64,000 nucleotides of DNA, from assembly GCA_043228905.1 (NCBI GenBank), contig JBHGNT010000016.1, positions 496,001 to 560,000 on the forward strand, given 5' to 3'. Origin of the DNA: Azolla caroliniana (taxonomy: Eukaryota; Plantae; Polypodiophyta). The stretch's first letter is position 1. Each line of letters opens with the position of its first letter. The translations under genes and the position numbers were made by a program. Positions 12,801 through 28,300 of the stretch are shown here, piece by piece. The notes under the pieces were generated by a model that saw only the letters and a list, made by a program, of their open reading frames with translations, did no database searches and had not been told where the DNA came from.

Positions 12801-15800
12801 AGCTTCGAATTGCATGTTTGAACACAAAAATCCGATATCACACGAGCCATCTATGAAGATTTTCATTTAGTCACGTGGTCTTGTCTACGCCTTCCTCAAC
12901 GCTGCCTTTTTCTCCATGTCTCTCGACCTGAGTTTCAAAATCATGATTTTTCAATTGCATATTTTTTAATTCACATGTCTGAACACAAAAATCTGATATT
13001 AAACAAGACATCTTTGAATATTTTCATTTAGTCACGTGGTCTTGTCTATGGCTTCCTCAACGTTGCCTTTTTTATTCATGTTTCTCGACCTGAGTTCCAA
13101 AATCATGATTTTTAGATTCCATAGTATACTTGCATGTTTGAACACAAAAATCATGTAATCACGTGCTCTTGTCTACACCTTCCTCGACTTTGCCTATTTT
13201 CTTCATGTCTCTCCACGTGAGTTTCAAAATCATGAAATTTCAATTCCTACAATATAGACTGTGTCATTAGCTTCGATTCGCATGTCTGAACACAAAAATC
13301 CGATATCACACGAGCCATCTATGAAGCTTTTCATCTTGTCACGTGCTCTTCTCTACGCCTTCCTTGACTTTGCTTTTTTCTTCATGTCTCTCGACGTGAG
13401 TTTCAAAATCATGAAATTTCAATTCCATATAATAGAGTTTGTCACTAGGTTCGATTCGCATGTCTGAACACAAAAATCCGATATCACACCAACCATCTAT
13501 GAAGATTTTCATGTAGTCACATGCTCTTGTCTAAGCCTCCCTCGACTTTGCTTTTTCCTTCATGTCTCTCGACGTGAGTTTCAAAATCATGATTTTTCAA
13601 TTCTAAATTATAGATTGCTTCGTTAGCTTAGATTCGCATGTTTGAATACAAAAATCTGATATCAGACGAGCGATCTATGAAGATTTTCGTTTAGTCACGC
13701 ACTCTTGTCTACGTCTTCCTCAACGTTGCCTTTTTCTTCATGTCTCTTGACCTGAGTTTCAAAATCATGATGTTCAATTCTATACTGTAGAGTGTGTCGT
13801 TAGCTTTGATTCGCATGTCTGAACACAAAAATACGATATCACACGAGCCAGCTATGAAGATTTTCATGTAGTCACGTGCTTTAGTCTACACCTTCCTCGA
13901 CTTTGCCTTTTTTCTTCATGTCTGTCGACGTAAGTTTCAAAAACATGAATTTTCGCTTCCATATTATAGAGTGTGTCATTAGCTTTGATTCGCATGTCTG
14001 AACTCTTAAATCCGATGTCAAAATCAGATTTTCATTCAGTTGCGTGCACTTGTCCATGTCTTCCTCAACGTTAGCGTTTTGTTCATGTCTCTCGACCTGA
14101 GGTTCGAAAACATTATTTTTCAATTCCATATTATAGAGTGTTATGTTAGCTTCAATTTGCATGTCTGGACATAGAAATCCGATATCACACCATCCATCTA
14201 TGAAGATTTTCATTTAGTGACGCACTCTTGTCTACGTCTTCCTCAACGTTGCCTTTTTCTTCATGTCTCTCGAGGTGAGTTTCAAAATCATGATTTTTCA
14301 ATTCCATTTTATAGAGTGCGTTGTTAGCTTCGATACCCATATTTGAACATAAAAATATGATATCACACAAGCCATCTATGAAGATTTTCATGTAGTCACG
14401 TGCTCTTGTCTACGCTTTCCTCGACTTTGCGTTTTTCTTCATGTCTCTTGATCTGAGTTTCAAAATCATGATTTTTCAATTCCATATTATAGAGTGTATC
14501 GTTAGCTTTGATTCACATGTATGAACACAAAAATTCGATATCACACGACCCATCTATGAAGATTTTCATTTAGTCACGAGGTCTTGTCTACGGCTTCCTC
14601 AACGTTGCCTTTTCCTTCATGTCTATTGACCTGAGTTTCAAAATCATGATGTTCAATTCTATACTGTAGAGTGTGTCGTTAGCTTCGATTTGCATGTCCA
14701 AACATAAAAATACGATATCACACGAGCCATCTATGAAGATTTTCATGTAGTCACGTGCTTTTGTCTACGCCTTCCTCGACTTTGCCTTTTTTCTTCATGT
14801 CTGTCGACGTGAGTTTCAAAAACATGATTTTTCAATTCCATATTATAGAGTGTGTCGTTAGCTTTGATTTGGATGTCTGAACACTAAAATCCGATATCAA
14901 TATCAGATTTTCATTCAGTCGCGTGCTCTTGTCCACGTCTTCCTCAAGGTTAGCATTTTGTTCATGTCTCTCGACCTGGGGTTCAAAAATATGATTTTTC
15001 AATTCCATATTATAGAGTGTCATGTTAGTTTCAATTCGCATGTCTGAACACAAAAATCCGATATCACACCAGCCATCTATGAAGATTTTCATGTAGTCAC
15101 GCACTCTTGTCTACGTCTTCCTCGACGTTGCTTTTTTCTTCATGTCTCATGATGTGAGTATCAAAATCATGATTTTTCAATTCCAAATTATAGATTTCTT
15201 GGTTAGCTTAGATTCGCATGTTTGAACACAAAAAACCGATATCACACGAGTCATGTATGAAGATTTTCATGTAGTCACGTGCTCTTGTCTACGCCTTCCT
15301 CGACTTTGGTTTTTTCTTCATGTCTACACCTTCCTCGACTTTAGACAGGATTTTTCAATTCTATATTATAGAGTGTGTCGTTAGCTTCAATTCGCATGTA
15401 TGAACACAGAAATCCGATATCACACGAGGAATCTATGAAGATTTTCATTTAATCACGTGCTCTTGTCTACAGCATCCTCGACTTTGCCTTTTTTCTTCAT
15501 GTCTCTCGACAGGAGTTCCAAAATCATGATTTTTCAATTCGATATTGTAGAGTGTGCCGTTAGCTTCGAGTCGCATGTATGAACACAAAAATCCGATATC
15601 ACATGAGCCATCTATGAAGCGTTTCATTTAGTCACATGCTCTTGTCTACACCTTCCTTGACTTTGACTTTTTTCTTCATGTCTCTCGACGTGAGTTTCAA
15701 AATCATGATTTCTCAATTTCAAATGATAGATTGCTTCGTTAGCTTAGATTCTCCATTTTGAACACAAAATCCCGATATCACACGAGCCATGTATAAAGAT

Positions 15801-16346
15801 TTGCATGTAGTCACATGCTCTTGTCTACGCCTTCCTCAACTTTGCCTTTTTTCTTCATGTCTCTTGACCTGAGTTTCAAAAGCATGATTTTTCAATACCA
15901 TATTATAGAGTGTGTCGTTAGCTTCGATTCGCATGTATGAACACAATAATTCGATATCACATGAGCCATCTATGAAAATTTTCATTTAGTCACGTGATCT
16001 TGTCGACACCTTCCTCGACTTTGCCTTTTTTGTTCATGTCTCTTGACGTGAGTTTCGAAAACATGATTTTCCAATTCCATATTATAGAGTGTGTCATTAC
16101 CTCCAAGTCACATGTATAAACATAGAAATCTGATATCACATGAGCCATCTATGAAGATTTTCATGTAGTCACGTGCTCTTGTCTACACCTTCCTCGACTT
16201 TGCGTTTATTTTCATGTCTCTCGACGTGTTTTTCAAAACCATGATTTTTCAATTCCATATTATAGAGTGTGTCGTTAGCTTCGATTCACATGTTTGAACA
16301 CAAAAATCCGATATCACACGAGCCATCTATGAAGATTTTCATGTAG
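9881..16346 (+). repeat. Satellite subfamily B block (more diverged)
   Basis: Diagnostic GAGCCATCTATGAAGATTTTCAT and ATTATAGAGTGTGTC replace GAGCCAGGTATGAACATTTTAAT and ATCAGAGCTAGCG. Confidence 0.85.
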
Positions 16347-19300
16347 ATTTGATATCACCAAAACCTTTTCATATACTCACCGCTCTTGTCTACGCCCTCC
16401 CCAAGTGTGGCACAACTTTGCTTTTTTCTTCATGTCTCTCTCCCTGAGTTTCAAAATCATTATTTTCCAATTCCCTATTATAGCTAGCTTTGTTAGCTTC
16501 GATACGGATGTTTGAAAAAGGAAAATCCGATATGACATGAACCAGCTAGGAACATTTTCATTCACTCACTTGATCTTATCTACGCCCTCCTCAACTGTCG
16601 CACAACTCTGCTTTCTTCTTCATGTCTCCCTCCCTCACTTTCAAAATCATGATTTTCCAATTCCACATTATAGCTACCTTCGTTAGCTTCGATTCACACA
16701 AGCCAGGTTTGAACATTTTCATTTACTCACGCGCTCTTTTCTAGGCCCTCCCCAAGTGTGCAACAACCTTGCTTTTGTCTTCATGTCTCTCTCCATGAGT
16801 TTCAAAATCATTATTTTTTATGATATCACATGAGCCATCTATGACTATTTTCACTTACTCATAACCTCTTGTCTACGCCTTCCTCAACTTTGCTTTTCTC
16901 TTCATGTCTCTCGATGTGAGTTTCAATATCATGGTTTTTCACCTCCATATCATAACTAGCTTCGTTAGCTTCGATTCACATGTTTGAACACAAACATCCA
17001 ATATCACACGACCCAGGTATGAACATTTTCATGGAGAAACATTACTTTTTTCTTGATATCTCTTGCCCTGAGTTTTAAAAACTTGCTTTTTCAATTCCAT
17101 ATCATAGCTAGCTTCGTTAGCTTCGATTTGCATGTTTGAACAAAAAAATCCGATATCACACGACCCAGGTATGAACATTTTCATTTACTCACGTGCGCTT
17201 GTCTACCATGTGGCAAACCTTTACTTTTTTCTTCATGTCTCTCGCCCTGAGTTTCAATATCATGGTTTCTCAACTCCATATCATAGCTAGCTTGGTTAGC
17301 TTCGATTCACATGTTTGAACACAAAAATCCGATATCACACAAGCCAGGTATGAACATTTTGATTTACTCACGCGCTCTTGTCTACACCCTCCTCAACTTT
17401 GCTTTTCTCTTGATCTTTCAAACCTTCAGTTTGAAAACATGATTTTTCAATCTCAAATTATAGCTAGCTTTGTTAGCTTCGATTCGCATGTTGAAAAATA
17501 AAAATCCGTTGTCACTCGAGCCAGGTACGCCCATTTTTATATAATCACGCGCTCTTGTCTACGGCCTCCTCAACCTTGCTTTGTTCTTCATGTCTCTCTT
17601 CGTGAGTTTCAAAATCATGATTTTTTAATTCAATATCACAACTAGCTTTGTTAGCTTCGATTTGCATGTCTAAACACAAAAATCGGATATCACACGAGCC
17701 AGGTATGAACATTTTAATTTACCTACTAGCTCTTGTCTACCGTGTTGCAAAACTATACTATTTTCTTCGTGTCTCTCGCCCTGAGTTTTGAAATCGTGCT
17801 TTTTCAATTCCATATCATAGCTAGCTTCGTTAGCTTTGATACGAATGTCTTAACACAAAAATCCGATAGCACACGACTTAGGTATGAACCTTTCCATATA
17901 GTCACGCGTTCTTGTCTACACGTGGCAAAACCTTGCTTTTTTCTTCATGTCTATAACTTTGAGTTTCAAAATCATGATTTTTCAATTCTATATCATAGCT
18001 AGCTTCATTAGCTTCGATTCACATGTTTGAACACAAACATCCGATATCACACGACCCAGGTATGAACCTTTTCATATACCCACGCGCTTTTCTAACCTGT
18101 GGCAAAACCTTACTTTTTTCTTCATGTCTCTCACCCTGAATTTCAATATCTTGCTTTTTCAATTCCATATCATAGCTAGCTTCCTTAGGTTCCATTCACA
18201 TGTTTGAACACAAATATCCGATATCACACGACCCAGGTATAAACCTTTTCATATACCCACGCGTTTGTCTAACCTATGGCAAAACCTTACTTTTTTCTTC
18301 ATGTCTCTCACCCTGAATTTCAATATCTTGCTTTTTCAATTCCATATCATAGCTAGCTTCGATAGCTTCGATTCCCATGTTTGAACACAAGCATCGGATA
18401 TCACACGACTCAGGTATATACCTTCTCATATACTCACACGCGCTTGTCTACCATGTGGCAAAACTTTACTTTTTTCTTCATGTCTCTCGCCCTGAGTTTC
18501 TATATCATGGTTTTTGAATTCCATATCATAGCTACCTTTTTGTTAGCTTCGATTCGCATGTTTGAACACAAACATCCGATATCACACAACCCAGGTCTGA
18601 ACCTTTTCATATACTCACGCGCGCTTGTCTACCATGTGGCAAACCTTTACTTTTTTCTTCATGTCTCTCGCCCTGAGTTTCAATATCATGGTTTCTCAAC
18701 TCCATATCATAGCTAGCTTGGTTAGCTTCGATTCACATGTTTGAACACAAAAATCCGATATCACACAAGCCAGGTATGAACATTTTGATTTACTCACGCG
18801 CTCTTGTCTACAGCCTCCTCAACTTTGCTTTTCTCTTGATCTTTCAAACCTTCAGTTTGAAAACATGATTTTTCAATCTCAAATTATAGCTAGCTTTGTT
18901 AGCTTCGATTCGCATGTTGAAAAATAAAAATCCGTTGTCACTCGAGCCAGGTACGCCCATTTTTATATAATCACGCGCTCTTGTCTACGGCCTCCTCAAC
19001 CTTGCTCTGTTCTTCATGTCTCTCTTCGTGAGTTTCAAAATCATGATTTTTTAATTCAATATCACAACTAGCTTTGTTAGCTTCGATTTGCATGTCTAAA
19101 CACAAAAATCGGATATCACACGAGCCAGGTATGAACATTTTAATTTACCTACTAGCTCTTGTCTACCGTGTTGCAAAACTATACTATTTTCTTCGTGTCC
19201 CTCGCCCTGAGTTTTGAAATCGTGCTTTTTCAATTCCATATCATAGCTAGCTTCGTTAGCTTTGATACGAATGTCTTAACACAAAAATCCGATAGCACAC

Positions 19301-22300
19301 GACCTAGGTATGAACCTTTCCATATAGTCACGCGTTCTTGTCTACACGTGGCAAAACCTTGCTTTTTTCTTCATGTCTATAACTTTGAGTTTCAAAATCA
19401 TGATTTTTCAATTCCATATCATAGCTAGCTTCGATAGCTTCGATTCCCATGTTTGAACACAAGCATCGGATATCACACGACTCAGGTATATACCTTCTCA
19501 TATACTCACACGCGCTTGTCTACCATGTGGCAAAACTTTACTTTTTTCTTCATGTCTCTTGCCCTGAGTTTCTATATCATGGTTTTTGAATTCCATATCA
19601 TAGCTACCTTTGTTAGCTTCGATTCGCATGTTTGAACACAAACATCCGATATCACACAACCCAGGTCTGAACCTTTTCATATACTCACGCGCGCTTGTCT
19701 ACCATGTGGCAAACCTTTACATTTTTCTTCATGTCTCTCGCCCCGAGTTTCAATATCATTGTTTTTCAACTCCATAGCTTAACTAGCTTCGTTATCTTCT
19801 ATCCGCATGTTTGAACAAAAAAATCCGATATCACACAAGCCAGGTATGAACATTTTGATTTACTCACGCGCTCCTGTCTACACCCTCTCTTCATCTCTCT
19901 AGTCCGGAGTTTCAAAAGCATGATTGTCCAATCTCATATTATAGCTAGCTCTTGCATACGCCCTCCACAACCTTGCTTTGTTCTTCATGTCTCTCGTCCA
20001 TAGTTTCAAAATCATGATTTCTCAATTCCATATCATAGCTAGCTTCGTTAGCTTCGATTCGCATGTTTGAACACAAAAATCCGATATAACGCGAGCTAGG
20101 TATGAATATTCTCATTTACTCATGTGCTCTTATCTACACCCTCCTCAACTTTGCTTTTCTCTTCAACTCTCTAGCCCTGACTTTAGGGTTTAGGGTCTCA
20201 ATATGTTTCTTTTTCAATTCCATATCATAGCTAGCTTCGTTTGTTTCGATTCGCATGTCTGAACTCAAAAATCGAATATCACACGAGCAAGGTATGACCA
20301 TTTTCTGTTATTCACGCGCTCTTGTCTTCGACTTCCTCGACTCTGCTTTTTTCTTCATGTCTCTCTCCATGAGTTTCAAAAACATGAATGTTCAATTCCA
20401 TATCATAGCTAGCTTCGATAGCCTCGATTCGTATGTTTGAATACGAAAATCCGATATCACACGAGCCAGGTATGAACATTTTGATTTACTCATGAACTGT
20501 TGTCTACCCTATGGAGAAACATTACTTTTTTCTTGATATCTCTTGCCCTGAGTTTTAAAATCTTGCTTTTTCAATTCCATATCATAGTTAGCTTCGTTAG
20601 CTTCGATTCGCATGTTTGAACACAAAAATCCGATATCACACGATCCAGGTATAAACCTTTTCATATACTCCCACGTGCTTGTCTACCATGTGCCAAACCT
20701 TTACTTTTTTCTTCATGTCTCTGGCCCTGAGTTTCAATATTATGGTTTTTCAACTCCATATCATAGCTAGCTTCGTTAGCTTCGATTTGCATGTTTGAAC
20801 AAAAAAATCCGATATCGCACAAGCCAGGTATGAACATTTTGATTTACTCACGCGCTTCAGTCTACACCCTCCTTAACTTTGCTTTTCTCTTCATCTCTCT
20901 AGCCCTAAGTTTCAAAAGCATGAGTTTTCAATCTCATATTATATCTAGCTTCGTTAGTTTCGATTCCAATATTTAAAAACAGATATCTGTTGTCACTCGA
21001 GCCAGGTATGCCCATTTTTATATACTCACGCGCTCTTGGCTACACCCTCTTCAACCTTGCTTTGTTCTTCATGTCTCCCGTCCTTTGTTTCAAAATCATG
21101 ATTTTTCAATTCCATATCATATTATAGACCGTGTTGTTAGTTTCGATTCAAATGTTTGAATACAAAAATCCGAAATCACACGAGGCAGGTATGAACATTT
21201 CCATTTACTCACGTGCGCTTATCTACACCTTCCTCAACTTTGCTTTTCTCTTCAATTCTCTAGCCCTGAGTTTAGGGTTTAGGGTCTCAATATCTTGCTT
21301 TTTCAATTCCATATCATAGCTAGCTTCGTTGGCTTCGATTCGCATGTTTAACACAAAAATCGAATATCACACGAGCAGGGTATGAACATTTTTTGTTACT
21401 CACGCGCTCTTGTCTTTGACTTCCTCGACTCTACTTTTTTCTTCATGTCTCTCTCCATGAGTTTCAAAATCTTGAATGTTCAATTCAATATCATAGCTAG
21501 CTTTGTTAGCCTCGATTCGCTTGTTTGGATACAAAAATTCGATGTCACACGAGCTAGGTTTGAACATTTTTATTTACTCACGCGTTATTGTCTACCCTAT
21601 GCCAAAACATTAATGTTTTCTTCATGTCTTTCACCCTGAGTTTTAAAATCTTTCTTTTTCAATTCCATATCATACCTATCTTGGCTAGCTTCGATTCACA
21701 TTTTTGAACACAAAAATCCGATATCACACGACCCAGGTATGTACCTCTTCATATACTCACGCGCGCTTGTCTACCATCTCGCAAAACATTATTTATTTAT
21801 TTCATGTCTCTCTCCCTGAGTTTCAATATCATGGTTTTTCAACTCCATATTATATTTAGCTTCGTTAGCTTCAATTCCCATGTTTGAACACAAACATCCG
21901 ATATCACACGAGCCAGGTATGAACATTTTCATTTACTCACGGGATCTTGTCCACCCTATGGTAAAACTTCACTTTTTTCTTCATGTCTCTAGCCCACAGT
22001 TTTAAAATCGTGCTTTTTCAATTCCATATCGTAGCTAGCGTCATTACCTTCGATTCGCATGTTTGATGACAAAAATGCGATATCACACAAGCCCAGTATG
22101 AACATTTTCAATCACTCACGCGCTCGTCTACCGTGTTGCAAAACTGTACTATTTTCTTCATGTCTCTCGCCCTCATTTTTGAAATCGTGCTTTCTCAATT
22201 CCATATCATAGGTAACTTCGTTAGCTTTGATACGCATGTTTGAACACAAAAATCGGATATAACACGACCCAGGTATGAACCTTTTCATATACTCACGCGT

Positions 22301-25300
22301 TCTTGTCTACCCTGTGGCAAAACCTTACTTTTTATTTCATGTCTCTCACCTTGAGTTTCAATATCTTGCTTTCTCAATTCCATATTATAGCTAGCTTGGT
22401 TAGCTTCGATTCGCATGTTTGAACATAAACATCCGATACCACACGACCCAGGTATGAACTTTTTCATATACTCACGTGCGCTTGTCTACCATGTGGCAAA
22501 CCTTTACTTTTTTCTTCATGTCTCTCGTCCTGAGTTTCAATATCATGGTTTCTCAAGTCCAAATCATAGCTAGCTTCGTTAGCTTCGATTCTAATGTTTG
22601 AACACAAAAATCCGATATCAGAGAAGACAGGAATGAACATTTTGATTTACTCACGCGCTCTTGTCTACACCCTCCTCAACTTTGCTTCTCTTCATCTCTT
22701 AGCCTTGAGTTTGAAAACATGATTTTTCAATCTCATATTATAGCTAGCTTTGTTAGCTTCGATTCGCATGTTTAAAAACAAAAAACTATTCTCACTCGAG
22801 CTAGGTACGCCCATTTTTATATAATCACGCGCTCTTGTCTACGGCCTTCTCAACCTTGCTTTGTTTATCATGTCTCTCTTCGTGACTTTCAAAATCATGA
22901 TTTTTTAATTCAATATCAGAGCTAGCTTTGTTAGCTTTGATTCGCATGTTTGAAGACAAAAATCTGATATCACACGAGGCCGCTATGAACATTTTCAATT
23001 ACTCACGCGCTCTTGTCTACCGTGGTGCAAAACCGTAATATTTTCTTAATGTCTCTCGCCCTGAGTTTTCAAATCTTGCTTTTTCAATTCTATATCATAG
23101 CTAGCTTCATTAGATTTGATACGCATGTTTGAACACGAAAATCCAATAGCAACTGACCCCGATATGAACCTTTTCATATACTCACGCGTACTTGTCTACC
23201 CTGTGGCCAAACCTTCCCTTTTTCGTCATGTCTCTCGCCTTGAGTTTCAATATCTTGCTTTTTCAATTCCATATCATAGCTCGCTTCGTTAGCTTCGATT
23301 CACATGTTTGAACACAAACATCCGATATCACACGACCCAGGTATGAACCTTTTCATATACTCACACGCACATGTCTAGCCTATGGCAAAACTGTATTTTT
23401 TTCTTCATATCTCTCGCCCTGTGTTTCAAAATCTTCCCTTTTCAATTGCATATCATAGCTAGCTTCGTTAGATTCGATTCGCATGTTTGAACATAAACAT
23501 CCAATATCACACGACCCAGGTATGAACTTTTTCATATACTCACGCACGCTTATCTACCATGTGGCAAACCTTTACTTTTTTCTTCATGTCTCTCGCCCTG
23601 AGTTTTAATATCATGGTTTTTCAACTCTATATCATAGCTAGCTTCGTTAGCTTCGATTCGCATGTTTGAACACAAAACTCCGATATCACACAAGCCAGGT
23701 ATGAACATTTTGATTTACTCACGCGCTCTTGTCTACTCCCTCCTCACCTTTGCTTTTCTCTTCATCTCTCTAGTCTTGAGTTTCAAAAGCATGATTTTTC
23801 AATCTCATATTATAAATAGCTTCGATTTGCATGTTTAAAAGCAAAAATCCATTTTCACTCGAGCCAGGTATGCCCATTTTTATATACTCACGCACTCTTG
23901 TCTACGCCCTCGTCAACCTTGTTTTCTTCTTCATGTCTCTCGTCCTTAGTTTCAATATCATGAATGTTCAATTCCATATCATAGCTAGCTTCGTTAACTT
24001 CGATTTGCATGTCTGAACACAAAAATCAAATATCACATGAGCAAGGTTTGACCATTTTCTTTTACGCACGCGCTCTTGTCTTCGACTTCCTCAACTCTGT
24101 TTTTTTCTTCATGTCCCTCTCCATGAGTTTCAAAATCATGAATGTTCAATTCCATATCATAGCTACCTTCGTTAGCTTCGATTCGCATGTTTGAACACAA
24201 ACATCCGATATCACACGACCCAGGTATGAACATTATAATTTACCTACTAGCGCTTGTCACCTCCCTCCTCAAATTTGCTAATTTCTTCATGTCTCTCGAC
24301 CTGAGTTTCAAAATCATGATTTTTTAATTCCATATCAGAGCTAGCGTTGTTAGCTTCGATTCACATGTTTGAACACAGAAATCCGATATCACAGGCGCAA
24401 GGTATGAACACTTTAATTTACCTACTTGATCTTGTCAACTCCCGCCTCAAATTTGCTAATTTCTTCATGTCTCTCGAGCTGAGTTTCGAAATCTTCATTT
24501 TTTAATTTTATATCATAGCTAGCTTTGTTAGCTTCGATTCGCATGTTTGAACACAAAAATCCGATATCACACGAGCCAGGTATGAACATTTTAATTAACT
24601 AACGCGCTCTTCTCCACTACCTCCTCAAATTTGCTAATTTCTTCATGTCTCTCAAGCGGAGTTTCAAAATATTGATTTTTTAATTCCATATCAGAGCTAG
24701 CGTTGTTAGCTTCGATTCGCATGTTTCAACACAAAAATCCGATATCACACGAGCCTGGTATGAACATTTTAATTTACTAACGCGCTCTTCTCCACTACCT
24801 CCTCAAATTTGCTAATTTCTTCATATCTCTCGAGCTGAGTTTCAAAATCTTGATTTTTTAATTCCATATCAGAGCTAGCGTTGGTAGCTTTGATTCGCCT
24901 GTTTGAACACAAAAATCCGATATCACACGACCCAGGTATGAACATTTTAATTTACCTACTAGCTCTTGTCAACTCCCTCCTCAAATTTGCTAACTTCTTC
25001 ATGTCTCTCGACCTGAGTTTCAGAATCTTGATTACAAAAATTCAATATTAGAGCTAGCGTTGTTAGCTTTGATTCGCATGTTTGAACACAGAAATCCGAT
25101 ATCACACGAGCCAGGTATGAACATTTTAATTTACCTACTTGCTCTTGTCAACTCCCGCCTGAAATTTTTCTTCATGTCTCTCGAGCTGAGTTTTAAAATC
25201 TTGATTTTTTAATTTTATATTATAGCTAGCTTTGTTAGCTTCGATTCGCATGTTTAAACACAAAAATCCGATATCACACGAGCCAGGTAAGAACATTTTA

Positions 25301-28300
25301 ATTTACTAACTCGCTCTTCTAAACTCCCTCCTCAAATTTGCTAATTTCTTCATGTCCCTCGACCTGAGTTTCAAAGTCTTGATTTTTTAATTCCATATCA
25401 TAGCTAGCTTTGCTAGCTTCGATTCGCATGTTTGAACTTAAAAATCCGATATCACACGAGCCAGGTATGAAAATTTTAATTTACTAGCGCGCTCTTCTAA
25501 ACTCCCTCCTCAAATTAGTTAATTTCTTCATGTCTCTCGAGCTGAGTTTCAAAATCTTGATTTTTTAATTCCATATCAGAGCTAGCGTTGTTAGCTTCGA
25601 TTCACATGTTTGAACACTAAAATCCGATATCACACGAACCAGGTATGAACATTTTGATTTACTAACGCGCTCTTCTCCACTTCCTCCTCAAATTTGGTAA
25701 TTTCTTCATGTCTCTCGAGCTGAGTTTCAAAATCTTGAATTTTTAATTCCATATCAGAGCTAGCATTGTTAGCTTCGATTCGCATGTTTGAACACAAAAA
25801 TCCGATATCACATGAGCCAGGTATGAACATTTTAATTTACCTAGTAGCTCTTGTCAATTCCCTCCTCAAATTTACTAATTTCTTCATGTCTCTCGACCTG
25901 AGTTTCAAAATCTTGATTTTTTAATTCCATATCATAGCTAGCTTTGTTAGCTTCGATTCGCATGTTTGAACACAAAAATCCGATATCACACGAGCCAAGT
26001 ATGAAAATTTTAATTTACTAGCGCGCTCTTCTAAACTCCCTCCTCAAATTAGTTAATTTCTTCATGTCTCTCGAGCTGAGTTTCAAAATCTTGATTTTTT
26101 AATTCCATATCAGAACTAGCGTTCTTAGCTTCGATTCACATGTTTGAACACTAAAATCCGATATCACACGACCCAGGTATGAACATTATAATTTACCTAC
26201 TAGCGCTTGTCAACTCCCTCCTCAAATTTGCTAATTTCTTCATGTCTCTCGACCTGAGTTTCAAAATCATGATTTTTTAATTCCATATCAGAGCTAGCGT
26301 TGTTAGCTTCGATTCACATGTTTGAACACAGAAATCCAATATCACAGGCGCAAGGTATGAACAGTTTAATTTACCTACTTGATCTTGTCAACTCCCGCCT
26401 GAAATTTGCTAATTTCTTCATGTCTCTCGAGCTGAGTTTCGAAATCTTCATTTTTTAATTTTATATCATAGCTAGCTTTGTTAGCTTCGATTCGCATGTT
26501 TGAACACAAAAATCCGATATCACACGAGCCAGGTATGAACATTTTAATTAACTAACGCGCTCTTCTCCACTACCTCCTCAAATTTGCTAATTTCTTCATG
26601 TCTCTCAAGCGGAGTTTCAAAATATTGATTTTTTAATTCCATATCAGAGCTAGCGTTGTTAGCTTCGATTCGCATGTTTCAACACAAAAATCCGATATCA
26701 CACGAGCCTGGTATGAACATTTTAATTTACTAACGCGCTCTTCTAAACTCCCTCCTCAAATTTGCTAATTTCTTCATGTCCCTCGACCTGAGTTTCAAAG
26801 TCTTGATTTTTTAATTCCATATCATAGCTAGCTTTGTTTGCTTCGATTCGCATGTTTGAACTTAAAAATCCGATATCACACGAGCCAGGTATGAAAATTT
26901 TAATTTACTAGCGCGCACTTCTAAACTCCCTCCACAAATTAGTTAATTTCTTCATGTCTCTCGAGCTGAGTTTCAAAATCTTGATTTTTTAATTCCATAT
27001 CAGAGCTAGCGTTGTTAGCTTCGATTCACATGTTTGAACACTAAAATCCGATATCACACGAACCAGGTATGAACATTTTAATTTACTAACGCGCTCTTCT
27101 CCACTTCCTCCTCAAATTTGGTAATTTCTTCATGTCTCTCGAGCTGAGTTTCAAAATCTTGAATTTTTAATTCCATATCAGAGCTAGCATAGTTAGCTTC
27201 GATTCGCATGTTTGAACACAAAAATCCGATATCACATGAGCCAGGTATGAACATTTTAATTTACCTACTAGCTCTTGTCAATTCCCTCCTCAAATTTGCT
27301 AATTTCTTCATGTCTCTCGACCTGAGTTTCAGAATCTTGATTACAAAAATTCAATATTAGAGCTAGTGTTGTTAGCTTCGATTCGCATGTTTGAACACAG
27401 AAATCCGATATCACACGAGCCAGGTATGAACATTTTAATTTACCTACTTGCTCTTGTCAACTCCCGCCTGAAATTTGCTAGTTTCTTCATGTCTCTCGAG
27501 CTGAGTTTTAAAATCTTCATTTTTTAATTTTATATTATAGCTAGCTTTGTTAGCTTCGATTCGTATGTTTAAACACAAAAATCCGATATCACACGAGCCA
27601 GGTATGAACATTTTAATTTACTAACGCGCTCTTCTAAACTCCCTCCTCAAATTTGCTAATTTCTTCATGTCCCTCGACCTGAGTTTCAAAGTCTTGATTT
27701 TTTAATTCCATATCATAGCTAGCTTTGTTAGCTTCGATTCGCATGTTTGAACACAAAAATCCGATATCACACGAGCCAGGTATGAAAATTTTAATTTACT
27801 AGCGCGCTCTTCTAAACTCCCTCCTCAAATTAGTTAATTTCTTCATGTCTCTCGAGCTGAGTTTCAAAATCTTGATTTTTTAATTCCATATCAGAGCTAG
27901 CGTTGTTAGCTTCGATTCACATGTTTGAACACTAAAATCCGATATCACACGAGCCAGGTATGAACATTTTAATTTACTAACGCGCTCTTTTCCACTTCCT
28001 CCTCAAATTTGCTAATTTCTTCATGTCTCTCGAGCTGAGTTTCAAAATCTTGAATTTTTAATTCCATATCAGAGCTAGCATTGTTAGCTTCGATTCGCAT
28101 GTTTGAACACAAACATCCGATATCACATGAGCCAAGTATGAGCATTTTAATTTACCTATTAGCTCTTGTCAATTCCCTCCTCAAATTTGCTAATTTCTTC
28201 ATGTCTCTCGACCTGAGTTTCAGAATCTTGATTACGAAAATTCAATATTAGAGCTAGCGTTGTTAGCTTCGATTCGTATGTTTGAACACAGAAATCCGAT

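Noticed and set aside
16960-16980. CENP-B-box-like CTTCGTTAGCTTCGATT in C-type monomers
   Set aside because: Only 6 of 9 essential positions match (lacks the A and the GG); better explained as a TAGCTTCG tandem duplication.
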